In this document: piece by piece, positions 8,101-17,677 of the stretch
How positions within the stretch are numbered: position 1 is the stretch's first letter
Layout: each line of letters opens with the position of its first letter
Assembly (NCBI RefSeq): GCF_000012285.1
Contig: NC_007181.1
Location: 300,001-332,000, forward strand
Origin: Sulfolobus acidocaldarius DSM 639
Lineage (GTDB): Archaea > Thermoproteota > Thermoprotei_A > Sulfolobales > Sulfolobaceae
Direction: 5' to 3'
DNA length: 32,000 nt
Made by a program: the position numbers and the translations under genes
The notes under the pieces: generated by a model
The model's database searches: none
What the model saw: the letters and a program-made list of their open reading frames with translations, nothing else
Told to the model about the DNA's origin: nothing

Positions 8101-9284
8101 ACAATTATCCACTTTCTAATAAGAGTTGAAAATATGTAGCTCCCCAAGAATGTGGTAATTAGAGCCATAATCACTATTTGCGAGTATTGAGATACATCAA
8201 GAACATTTCCGGATAACCCAACAGTTGCGACAACTAGACCAATTTCTCCTCTAGGTATCATGCCTACAGCTGTGATAATAGATTGCTTCAGGTTCTTAGT
8301 GTAAAAGTAGGCAACAGGTAATATCCCAAATATTTTCCCCACAATCGCAAGAAACGATAGCAGTAAACCCAAAAGTAAATCATTTAAATTAAAGAAGATA
8401 TAAAATGGTGTTTCCATGCCTACATAAACAAAAAATAGAGGACCGAATATGGAAATAAGGGTTTCAGTGAATCCGTTAACTCTCTTTGACTTTACACTCT
8501 CTGCTATAGCTACACCTGCAATGAAAGCAGCTATTACAGGAGAGAAGCCGACCACAAGCATAATCAAAACTAGGACAAACAAGATCACCAACGATATATT
8601 ATCAACTATCTCATCTCTAACTACTGTCAAAATCTTAGGAATCAAAAATACTGCAACAAAAAATATAACTATCCATGCCAGAGAAAGTTCAAGAACTCTT
8701 AGTGTAGTTTGAACTAAGGGAAGACTTCCTAGTGTTATTAATTCCACTACTGTAGATAAGATTATCAGTGCAACTACATCATCTATAGCTGCAGCAGAGA
8801 TAAGGAGCCTGGAAAAATTTTCTCTATATAGCTTATATTCATCCACTATGGACACAGTTGCAGCTAGGCTGGTTGCAGCACTCGCAGCACCCATGAGTAG
8901 GGCTACCTGAGTGTCATATACCAGAGAAAATACTACGAACACTAGGTAAGTGGGGATAACTGCACCTAAAGTAGCTGCCAAAAAGCCTAGAAATCCAGAG
9001 GATCTAAGGTTCTTAAAACCATGTGAAAGACCTGCGGCGAAAATAAGCAGAATTACTGAGAAGTTTGCAAATAGCACTACGTAATTGTTGATGGAGAATA
9101 GATTAACCTGCAAAATACTGTTGATTACACCTCCTAGAGCATAAGGGCTGAATACGATTCCAACTATTATTTCAGCTACGAGGGCTGGGATAAAATATTT
9201 CCGAAGAAGTAGTCTACCACCTTGAGCGAGGGCTAGGAGTGAGAACAACTCAAGTAATGCTACATATATTTCATCTGTTTCCAC
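8088..9284 (-). CDS. CPA2-type Na+/H+ (cation:proton) antiporter membrane protein
   Basis: 398 aa, about 12 TM: FANFSVILLIFAAGLSHGFKNL, GAASAATSLAATVSIVDEY, AAAIDDVVALIIL, GMIPRGEIGLVVATVGL. Confidence 0.85.
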   Translation of the reverse strand: METDEIYVALLELFSLLALAQGGRLLLRKYFIPALVAEIIVGIVFSPYALGGVINSILQVNLFSINNYVVLFANFSVILLIFAAGLSHGFKNLRSSGFLGFLAATLGAVIPTYLVFVVFSLVYDTQVALLMGAASAATSLAATVSIVDEYKLYRENFSRLLISAAAIDDVVALIILSTVVELITLGSLPLVQTTLRVLELSLAWIVIFFVAVFLIPKILTVVRDEIVDNISLVILFVLVLIMLVVGFSPVIAAFIAGVAIAESVKSKRVNGFTETLISIFGPLFFVYVGMETPFYIFFNLNDLLLGLLLSFLAIVGKIFGILPVAYFYTKNLKQSIITAVGMIPRGEIGLVVATVGLSGNVLDVSQYSQIVIMALITTFLGSYIFSTLIRKWIIVKSG

Positions 9285-9341
9285 TTTTTGCTCTACTGAG
9301 TATGAGATTTAATTTTTAACTTTTAAGTAGTAGATATTACA

Positions 9342-10304
9342 ATGCCACTATTTGGATCAAAGGAAGAGGAGAAGAAAATTTACCATATTGATTCTTTAAA
9401 TGAGCACATGAGGAATGTAATTAAAACTGTAATGGACGTTAATATGAATGATCTCGCATACTATTATGGTTTAAAATACTTAAGTCCAGTTATTGGGGAG
9501 CCTATATTTATACCCTATGGTAGGTTGGATGGAAAGTTTAATGACTTCGAGAAGGCTTTTGAAAAACTCTATCAGGAAATAGAGAAAATAAAAGATAGGG
9601 GATTGAAACAGTACTTGGAGTGGTATCCTGGGTCTAAGTTCCTTGATCATTATAGAATTGTGTTCTACTCCGAAGTTCAAGAGGGAATAACTTACGGTAT
9701 CGGAGCAGAGCCTTTAGCATTTACACCATCAAGCAGTTACGGATTACCGAATATCGAGGGAGAGGCAGTTGTGGTAGGTATGCAATTGTTAAATCTTGCT
9801 GTCCTCAAGAAACTCAACCTCAAGTTTTATGACTTAGTCAAGGATAAAAGGGATGAGGTAATAGAGGCTTACAATTGGTTATATTCAGAGTTTCACGCTA
9901 AATATGACACTAAGGATAGGAAATTCTTGACAGACATAGCATCATACTATATGAGACGATTCTTTCAACAAGTTTATGATGTAGCAAAGGACTACACTAC
10001 AGACAAATTAGAGGGTAAAATAGCTATAATTCCGCTTGTTGAGAGTAAGGCTAAGAAGGATGGAAAAATCATTGATGTATGGAGAGAGGACTTAAGAGAC
10101 CTACTGGAACAGGCTAGGTATTATTTAGTTGAAGCTATTCCTGCAATTTACAATCAAGAGCGTATGTCTAAGATACTTAAACAGGTTGGAAGCAACTTTG
10201 AAGAGATCATTTTAACATCCCAAAAGAAGCCTAAAATACCAGAAGAATTGAAAGATCTGAAGGTGAAAACTCAGGGAGATAAATTCGTGGTGTTAACTAA
10301 GTGA
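9342..10304 (+). CDS. Uncharacterised soluble protein in operon with CoA-transferase beta-like subunit
   Basis: 320-aa ORF with charged composition. Its stop overlaps the next start as GTGA at 10301-10304. Confidence 0.6.
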   Translation: MPLFGSKEEEKKIYHIDSLNEHMRNVIKTVMDVNMNDLAYYYGLKYLSPVIGEPIFIPYGRLDGKFNDFEKAFEKLYQEIEKIKDRGLKQYLEWYPGSKFLDHYRIVFYSEVQEGITYGIGAEPLAFTPSSSYGLPNIEGEAVVVGMQLLNLAVLKKLNLKFYDLVKDKRDEVIEAYNWLYSEFHAKYDTKDRKFLTDIASYYMRRFFQQVYDVAKDYTTDKLEGKIAIIPLVESKAKKDGKIIDVWREDLRDLLEQARYYLVEAIPAIYNQERMSKILKQVGSNFEEIILTSQKKPKIPEELKDLKVKTQGDKFVVLTK

Positions 10305-11020
10305 TAGTAGAGCATATGGCTAAAGCAATAGCAGAGATATTAGAAGACGGCGAGAAAGTATATGTTGGCTTAAATTCTATATTACCTGCATTAGGCTCCT
10401 TTCTAGCTAGAGACGTATATCACAAGAATATAAGAATATATGGCGTGGCAGAGGCTGATAACCCCCTAGATATAACAATTTCACCATCAACAGGAGATCC
10501 AATGCTAGCTCAATATACTCCAGTGTTTACCACAGTTGACTTATTTGATTTAGTTCAGAAGGGTAAACTAGATGTTATGTTCTTAGGACCAATTCAAATA
10601 GACGAAGAAATTAACGCTAATGTTTCAGTTATAGGAAGCTATGAAAAACCTAAAGTGAGGTTACCTGGGGGTGCAGCAACAGCATTTATGATGCCCCTAA
10701 TAAGAAAACTAATACTGTGGAATTTCAGACATAATAGGCAGAGTTTCCCTAAGAGAGTTGACTTTGTAACCGGGACAGCTAAACACTCTAAGAACGAAGT
10801 ATATGTAGTTACAAATTTAGGAGTTCTTCATTTTAATAGGGAAAAGAACAGATGGGAAGTGATAGTTCTGTACCCCTGGAGTAATATTAATGAAATAAAG
10901 AGTAATACGGGATTCGATGTCTATGAGGGGGATATCAAGGAAGTTAGAGTAACTGAAAAGGACATAGAATACATTAGGAAACTGGATCCTTACAACCTGA
11001 GAGAAGGATTGATAAAATAA
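10301..11020 (+). CDS. CoA-transferase subunit beta-like (GctB-type)
   Basis: DVMFLGPIQIDEEINANVSVIGSYEKPKVRLPGGAATAFMMPL is a glutaconate-type beta subunit signature. The start may be the ATG at 10316. Confidence 0.75.
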   Translation: MIVEHMAKAIAEILEDGEKVYVGLNSILPALGSFLARDVYHKNIRIYGVAEADNPLDITISPSTGDPMLAQYTPVFTTVDLFDLVQKGKLDVMFLGPIQIDEEINANVSVIGSYEKPKVRLPGGAATAFMMPLIRKLILWNFRHNRQSFPKRVDFVTGTAKHSKNEVYVVTNLGVLHFNREKNRWEVIVLYPWSNINEIKSNTGFDVYEGDIKEVRVTEKDIEYIRKLDPYNLREGLIK

Positions 11021-11776
11021 TCAAATGGGTTGAATGAGCTCAAGAACTTTTCCCCAGTCAACGTCATACACTCCAAACATACTCGTTGGTTCTGCGCCCC
11101 TTGGAAGCTCCACAACAGCAGTCACATAGTCTGCATTAATTGTGGGTCTCTTGCCGTAAAAGTAGGATCTAGGCACTATCTCTTCAGCTGTTATAATAAC
11201 TGTCTTAGATGCCTTTGCCTTAAACTCATCCTCAAATAAAGGTCCAATAATCTCTGCATTTCCCTCCTCGTCTGCTTTATGGACATGTATTATAGCTACA
11301 TCTGGAGTGATAGCTTTAACTAACAGAACCTCTTCCCCTGAGAAAGGATCCTTGGCTACTCTCCAACTTCCAACTTTTTCATGTAATTTTACCAGATCAG
11401 ACCCAAGTACACCTTTAACGGGCATAAATGGGATTCCAAAAGCCCCTGCCCTTATTCCGGCTATAAACGCACCACAGCTGTCCTCAAGAAATTCAACTTC
11501 ACCGCTCTCTACTTTTTTCCTGAAGTTTGAGGGAATACCTAGCCATTCCAAGGTTGCCATTGCAGCCCTTATTTTCTTCACAACGTTATGCTTAAGTAAG
11601 ATCTCTAGACCTAAACCTGGCTCTCTATCCACAAATCCCAAATTTCTTACATCACTGTTCACTAGTGCAAATATAAAGCCCATGGGACTTCTGTGAAATG
11701 ATATACCACTTATTGTGATCCAATCTCCCTCCTTAACTAGTTTTATAGCCCTGTCTAAGCTCACTAGTTTTGACAT
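11021..11776 (-). CDS. CoA-transferase subunit alpha-like (GctA-type)
   Basis: MSKLVSLDRAIKLVKEGDWITISGISFHRSP...GVLGSDL...TPDVAIIHVHKADEEGNAEIIGPLFEDEFKAKASKTVIITAEEIV. The track start at 11809 adds an atypical MFLYLINVLDI, so an internal ATG is preferred. Confidence 0.8.
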   Translation of the reverse strand: MSKLVSLDRAIKLVKEGDWITISGISFHRSPMGFIFALVNSDVRNLGFVDREPGLGLEILLKHNVVKKIRAAMATLEWLGIPSNFRKKVESGEVEFLEDSCGAFIAGIRAGAFGIPFMPVKGVLGSDLVKLHEKVGSWRVAKDPFSGEEVLLVKAITPDVAIIHVHKADEEGNAEIIGPLFEDEFKAKASKTVIITAEEIVPRSYFYGKRPTINADYVTAVVELPRGAEPTSMFGVYDVDWGKVLELIQPI

Positions 11777-11900
11777 AATATCTAGTACGTTAATTAAATA
11801 TAAAAACAATTCTTACATCAGTCTTTAATTTACCTGACCACACTTCATTACCAATATCCTAATAAACGAAGATAAGAACTAAATACAGCTTTCAAGAACC

Positions 11901-13418
11901 TTAATCACTTGAACCATATCCTCCTCCACCTGGAGTCTCAATTATTACTTCATCTCCTTCATCCAACTCAACAACACACTTACTCTTTAAACTTACCAGT
12001 TCATCACTCCTCTTCCTAACTGTGGCTTTACCAGGTTTTCCCCTTTCTCCTCCGTTAAGACCCCACGGACCAATAATAAACCTATCAGCCATTAAGGCTA
12101 ATCTAGTGGGGGATAGTACTTTGAAGGACCTAATAATTCCATCTCCACCCTTATACTTTCCTTTCCCTCCGCTTCCCACTCTCACAGTATATGATGTAAA
12201 TAGTAAAGGATAAACGCTTTCAGCAACTTCAATGGGAGTATTTAGCGTATTTGTCATATTTGAATGTACTGCAGAAATACCGTCTTCACTTGGTCTTGCC
12301 CCACTGCCTCCTCCAATTGTCTCGTAGTACGACCAATATCTTCCTTTGTAAAAGCCTCCCATCATAATGTTCATCATAGTTCCTGAGCTCGCTGCCGGAA
12401 CAGGTAAGAACTTCGATAGGGATAAGAAAGTAACATCAGCTATCCTTTGCGATGTCTCTACATTGCCTCCACTAACTGGGGCAGGCTTAACTGGGTTAAC
12501 CAAGGTACCTTCGTCGGCTTTAACTTGGACAAATGAGTAAAAACCTTCATTAGTTGACACTGACTTTCCTAACGCTGATCTTATAGCAAATGACACTGCG
12601 GAATATGTTACCCCGTAAACTGCATTCAAGGGACCATCAATCTGTCCATGAGTTCCACTGAAATCTGCGGTAACCCTATCCTTTCTCACCTTCAAGGTGA
12701 GTTTAATGGGCAATAGTTTATCCTCCCATTCTAAATAGTCTTCAGCTCGGTAATCGCCCTCTTTCCAATTAATGTTACTAACCACATTTCTCGTGTACTC
12801 TATGGTTTCGTCCCAACCCTCTACTACGTTCTGCAAACCGTATTTCTCTATTAGTTGTCTTACTCTAATTACTCCTAAACTGTTTGCAGATAGCTGAGCT
12901 CTTAAATCACCAATGGAGACCTCAGGCATCTTGAAATTCTCCTTTATTATCTTTATTACTCTCTCATCTAGCTTAACAGGAGGTATCACTATTCCCTCTT
13001 CATACAATGTTTTAGCTAAGGGATTTAGACTTCCAGGGATTGGACCACCAACGTCTACTTGATGGGCTTTATTTACAACGTATCCCACTATCTTCCCTTC
13101 ATAATCTATAGGAGTCAATAGCCCTACATCATTTAAATGTGTACCTGATATGTATGGGTCATTAAAGATGTAATTCTCCCCGGGCTTAATTTCATCTCCT
13201 AAATACTTGAGAACGTTTACCACGGCAACCTTAAACGAGCCTAAATGGACTGGGATGTGCTCCGCTTGTGCAACAATCCTCCCTTGGTTATCTATAATAG
13301 CGCAGCTATGATCCATCCTCTCCCTTATGTTAGGAGATAATGCGGATTTCTTTAACATCACGCCCATCTCTTCAGCTATAAATGTTGTAGCCTTATCGAT
13401 TACCTCCCACGTTGTCAC
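11901..13418 (-). CDS. hyuB: Hydantoinase B / acetone carboxylase alpha-like subunit
   Basis: [54 protein letters not shown]-terminal ETPGGGGYG. Confidence 0.9.
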   Translation of the reverse strand: MTTWEVIDKATTFIAEEMGVMLKKSALSPNIRERMDHSCAIIDNQGRIVAQAEHIPVHLGSFKVAVVNVLKYLGDEIKPGENYIFNDPYISGTHLNDVGLLTPIDYEGKIVGYVVNKAHQVDVGGPIPGSLNPLAKTLYEEGIVIPPVKLDERVIKIIKENFKMPEVSIGDLRAQLSANSLGVIRVRQLIEKYGLQNVVEGWDETIEYTRNVVSNINWKEGDYRAEDYLEWEDKLLPIKLTLKVRKDRVTADFSGTHGQIDGPLNAVYGVTYSAVSFAIRSALGKSVSTNEGFYSFVQVKADEGTLVNPVKPAPVSGGNVETSQRIADVTFLSLSKFLPVPAASSGTMMNIMMGGFYKGRYWSYYETIGGGSGARPSEDGISAVHSNMTNTLNTPIEVAESVYPLLFTSYTVRVGSGGKGKYKGGDGIIRSFKVLSPTRLALMADRFIIGPWGLNGGERGKPGKATVRKRSDELVSLKSKCVVELDEGDEVIIETPGGGGYGSSD

Positions 13419-15337
13419 TGCTTTCTCACCTCCATAAATCCCATTTTACCTACTTCTAACTCCCATCCGTCCTTAACTAGTGTTGTAGAACTATACTCTT
13501 CCACAATTACAGGACCTTTTGCTCTAAATCCTTTAGGTAATTTCTCTCTCAAGTAAATATCTGCACTGACCCAATCATCAATGTAAACTTTTCTAATCTT
13601 TTTATTAATATTTCCTCCTACAGGGTCAGGTAAAACAGGCTTTACTGTCTTCCTCACTGCAAACACTCTAGCATTGACAACTTCTATTGGATAGGGTAAA
13701 GTATAACCATATACTGCCCTATGTCTCTCTTCAAAATCCCTCCTATAATCGTTCTTTACCAAAACAGTGAGCTCCCAACCCTGACCCTTATACCTAGCGT
13801 CAACATATCTTATAAAATAATCAACAGTGCCCATTCTCCTTCTTAAACTCTCCTCTAATTTTCGAAATTCACTATCCACATCTCTTGGAAATGGACTCCT
13901 AGCCTCTATTTTCTCGTCTACTGCAAGGAGGGAGAGTGCACTGAAAAGACCTGGATGAGGTGGAACTATTATCCTCTTGATTCCTAATTCTTCTGCAACA
14001 TCTACAGCCCACTGGGGACCAGCACCACCAAAAGCGAATAAGGTGAACTCTGTAGGGTCTAATCCTCTCTCCACAGTTACCAATCTTATCGCTCTAGCCA
14101 TTTCTATACTGGCTAATTTTACAGCTTGATAAGAAACTTCGATTGGATCTCCCAGCTTTTCTAGACCGCTCCTGGCTCCTTCAACGTCTAATCTCATATT
14201 TCCCGAAAGTAAATATTCATTGATCCTACCCAGAACTAGATTAGCGTCAGTTAAAGTGGGTTTATCTCCTCCTTTCATATAAGCTATTGGACCTGGATCT
14301 GCCCCTGCACTTATTGGACCTACTCTTAGAGCTCCACCCTCATCTCTCCAAATTATGGTACCACCACCTGCCGATACTTCAGCTAGATCTATAAACGGAA
14401 ATCTTACCGGGTAACCAGAACCCTTTACTAGTCTTCCATGATGAGCCTTCCCACCGACCTCATATTCGCTGGTAATCTCTATTTCGTTGTTAACAATACT
14501 TCCTGCCTTTGCTGTTGTCCCTCCCATATCAAAGCTTATTACGTTACTAATACCTAGTAATTGCGAGAATACTTGGGCTCCGACGACTCCTGCTGCAGGT
14601 CCACTCTCTATAATCTGCACTGGTCTTTTCTTAACTTCATCAACATCTACGAGTCCCCCAGAGCTTGACATTATGTACAGTGAGGGAATGTCTTTAGATA
14701 TACTCTCTAAGTATCTGGAGACTATGGGCATGAGCATGGCGTTTATAACAGTTGTAGAGGTTCTCTCATATTCCCTTTGCTCAGGACAAACCTCATGCGA
14801 AATGCAAACATAATTAAAGTGCTTTGAGAGAACTTCCTTTGCGACGTCTTCATTCTCAGGATTTGCATATGAGTGAAGAAAGGAAACAGCTACACTCTCA
14901 ACGTCCTTTAGTCTAACAGCTATTTCATCAATTTCTAAGGGATTTAATTTAACTAGTACTTTACCGTCAAAAAGTGTTCTCTCATTTACCTCGAATCTCA
15001 ATTCTCTCGGTACCAAGGGCTTAGGCTTGTGAAAGTACATGTCATACAGTTCAGGTCTGTTCTGTCTGCCTATTTCAATTATGTCCTTAAAACCTTTAGT
15101 CGTAATTAAGGCAGTTTTTGGTAGCTCGAGATTAAGCTGACCTAAGAAGGCATTAGTTGCTACTGTGGTAGCGTGAATTACCCTATCAACTTTTACATTT
15201 AACTCTTCTATTGCCTTCCTTAAACCTACCTCAGGATTCCTAGGAGTAGATAGACCTTTATAATACTTTATGTTACCATTTTCGTCTATCGCAATCGCGT
15301 CTGTAAATGTACCGCCCACATCAACAGCAACAATCAT
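13415..15337 (-). CDS. hyuA: Hydantoinase A / 5-oxoprolinase / acetone carboxylase beta-like subunit
   Basis: [50 protein letters not shown]. Overlaps hyuB by 4 nt. Confidence 0.92.
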   Translation of the reverse strand: MIVAVDVGGTFTDAIAIDENGNIKYYKGLSTPRNPEVGLRKAIEELNVKVDRVIHATTVATNAFLGQLNLELPKTALITTKGFKDIIEIGRQNRPELYDMYFHKPKPLVPRELRFEVNERTLFDGKVLVKLNPLEIDEIAVRLKDVESVAVSFLHSYANPENEDVAKEVLSKHFNYVCISHEVCPEQREYERTSTTVINAMLMPIVSRYLESISKDIPSLYIMSSSGGLVDVDEVKKRPVQIIESGPAAGVVGAQVFSQLLGISNVISFDMGGTTAKAGSIVNNEIEITSEYEVGGKAHHGRLVKGSGYPVRFPFIDLAEVSAGGGTIIWRDEGGALRVGPISAGADPGPIAYMKGGDKPTLTDANLVLGRINEYLLSGNMRLDVEGARSGLEKLGDPIEVSYQAVKLASIEMARAIRLVTVERGLDPTEFTLFAFGGAGPQWAVDVAEELGIKRIIVPPHPGLFSALSLLAVDEKIEARSPFPRDVDSEFRKLEESLRRRMGTVDYFIRYVDARYKGQGWELTVLVKNDYRRDFEERHRAVYGYTLPYPIEVVNARVFAVRKTVKPVLPDPVGGNINKKIRKVYIDDWVSADIYLREKLPKGFRAKGPVIVEEYSSTTLVKDGWELEVGKMGFMEVRKQ

Positions 15338-15525
15338 GAATTCTAAATAAGAAGCCTGGATTAAAAACTATTTTCTAGGTCGGCTTCTGCAGTAGAGTGA
15401 ATTTTTTCCATTAGTGTACGCAGGACAAGAATTATAGTCTGAGAGTAGAAACTTTCTTTATTCAGCAAGATAGTTACGATATTATTTTCTTTAAAGTTTT
15501 ATTATTGAAGAGATGATCTTAATTT

Positions 15526-16125
15526 ATGTCAGTGGATTTTGGAACATATCATCACTCAACCAAGGAAGATTCGGAAATGTTAAGGGGAATTGCTAAAGAG
15601 CTCTTTTTCCAAGCCTTTATGAAGACTGGCTTACCAAGAGATAAGGAGATAAGTGTTTTAGATGTAGGATGCGGATTAGGTTTTTTAAGTTATGTTGTAA
15701 CCCAGTATTTTCCAAAGGCGAAAATATTAGGAATAGACACTTTTGAAAACTCAAGTCTTCTGGATTCAGATATGAGGAAGGCTGAAGAAAACATGGAACA
15801 CTTAGGTATAAGAGACAGGGTATTCTTCAAAAGGTTAAACGTTTTAGATATCACTGAGGAATTAGGGCACTTTGATATTGTGGTCTCCAATTTAGTTTTT
15901 CATAATTTAGGTAGAAGGAGATTCGAGGCATACGAAAAGATTACTAAAGTGATGAAACCTAGCTCATTCTTCATAAATGGCGATATATTTTTTGGGAGTG
16001 AACCCGAGAAATCGTTTGAAGCAGATATAAGTAGATTAAGCAAGATATTCAAACTAATATTTAGTAAAAGGTTGGAGTTAAAAGAATCATTGACTTACTA
16101 CATAGCAGTCCTAACTAGGGCTTAA
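15526..16125 (+). CDS. Class I SAM-dependent methyltransferase
   Basis: SVLDVGCGLGFLSYVVTQYFPKAKILGIDTFE and FDIVVSNLVFHNLGR. Confidence 0.85.
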   Translation: MSVDFGTYHHSTKEDSEMLRGIAKELFFQAFMKTGLPRDKEISVLDVGCGLGFLSYVVTQYFPKAKILGIDTFENSSLLDSDMRKAEENMEHLGIRDRVFFKRLNVLDITEELGHFDIVVSNLVFHNLGRRRFEAYEKITKVMKPSSFFINGDIFFGSEPEKSFEADISRLSKIFKLIFSKRLELKESLTYYIAVLTRA

Positions 16126-16329
16126 ATCACGTAAAACGTCTTTATAGTGGTAAAGATATCTCTGCTGTTACTATGCGTTCCTTTCAACTAAGCCAGATTA
16201 GTTACTGTCTTGCAACTTCAGGGTATTAGAGTGTTGAAAGAGATGATTTTAAAGCTTTTTAGGAGAATTTGAAATATAAAAATCTAAAAATCGATTTACT
16301 TTGCCTAACATTTATCTGGGGTTTGTGTA

Positions 16330-17448
16330 ATGAGTAGAAAAACGTATGTGGTAATAGGCTTTGTGATAATGTGCTTTAACTCTATTTATCAATATTCTTG
16401 GAACGCATTGCAACCGCTTTTAAAATCAGGATTCAATGTGAGTTTAGTCCAGGTTGCACTTGGTTTTACACTTTTTAGTATATTCTCTTCATTGGCACAA
16501 CCTTTAGGAGGTCATTTTGCTGATAAACAGGGACCTAAGAGAATAGGAATTATAGCAGGGATTTTATCATCTATAGGCTTCTTAGGAACATATCTTTCAC
16601 CGAACATATATGTCTTCTACACTGTATGGTCAATAGGAAGTGCGGGAGAGGGAATCTTATACGGCATAGCTGCAAATCTAGCAATGAAATGGTTCGAAGA
16701 CAAAAAAGGAGTCGCTACAGGTGTAGTCTCCATGGGCTTAGGAATAGGTTCAGCACTTCTTAACCCTTTTATAGCAATGGCGACAAGCTATAAGACAATA
16801 ACACTTGGTATTGGGTTGACTGAAGTTATCGTACTGCCAATTCTACTTTGGTTGTCAGATTATCCAAAACTATTATCAGGACAAGCTCCAAGGCAAATTA
16901 TAACTACTACCCGATTTTGGCTCATATATGTTTCCTTTGTAACCGTGCTCGTACCTTTCAGTGTGATATCCTCGCAACTATCAGTTCTTGGAAAAGGAGT
17001 TCCACAACAGGAGCTGATTACCTTAATTTCACTTTTACCTCTATTGAGCGGTGGACTTAGACCATTTTTTGGAATGGTTGCAGATAGACTAGGTATAATA
17101 AGAACCACATTAATTCTAGATTTAACGATAACATTGGGTGCGTTGTTTTTACTGTTGAACCAAATTGCGATTTCGACTATTTTAGTGGGTCTTTCGGGAG
17201 GTTCAATGATAACACTTTATTTCAATGTTGCAGGGGAAATATTTGGAACACGATTCTCGACAGTAAACAGCGGGATACTTTACACTGGAAAAGCTCTAGG
17301 TGGGACATTAGGAAGTGTAGTCTTTGCAATACTTTATAGTATAAACCTACAGTTGTCAGAGATGTATTCGTTAATTTGTGGTATTATAGGCATTTTAGCT
17401 CTATTACTTGTAGTTTTTACAACCCAGCAACAGGCTCAACGAGTCTAA
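16330..17448 (+). CDS. Major facilitator superfamily transporter (OFA-like)
   Basis: About 12 TM. [20 protein letters not shown] and [37 protein letters not shown]-type motifs. Confidence 0.85.
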   Translation: [372 protein letters not shown]

Positions 17449-17677
17449 AAATGAAGACTTAATTTTTTGAAAGGGTATGTTTTTTGTCCTTAGCATATGA
17501 TACGTAAAGTTAATTAGTTTACATGGGTGCGTTGAAGTGTACCTTTATCTCCTTTCAGACGTGTCTAATGAATTATGAAAAGTATTCTTTCAAATAGTTA
17601 TTCAAATGAAATAAAATATAAGTACTATAATCCTAATGGGTAGTTACTTTTTTATGTGAAAAGAATCATACGAAAAT

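Noticed and set aside
14487-14813. Plus-strand 108-aa ORF inside hyuA, and similar antisense ORFs at 282..515, 5024..5371, 6923..7120, 8449..8712, 11307..11696, 20310..20633, 24112..24363
   Set aside because: Fully antisense to well-supported genes, with composition typical of shadow ORFs.
15530-15560. Minus-strand TCAG...TCATCAC possible C/D element at the start of the methyltransferase gene
   Set aside because: Box spacing of 16 nt and no second box pair.
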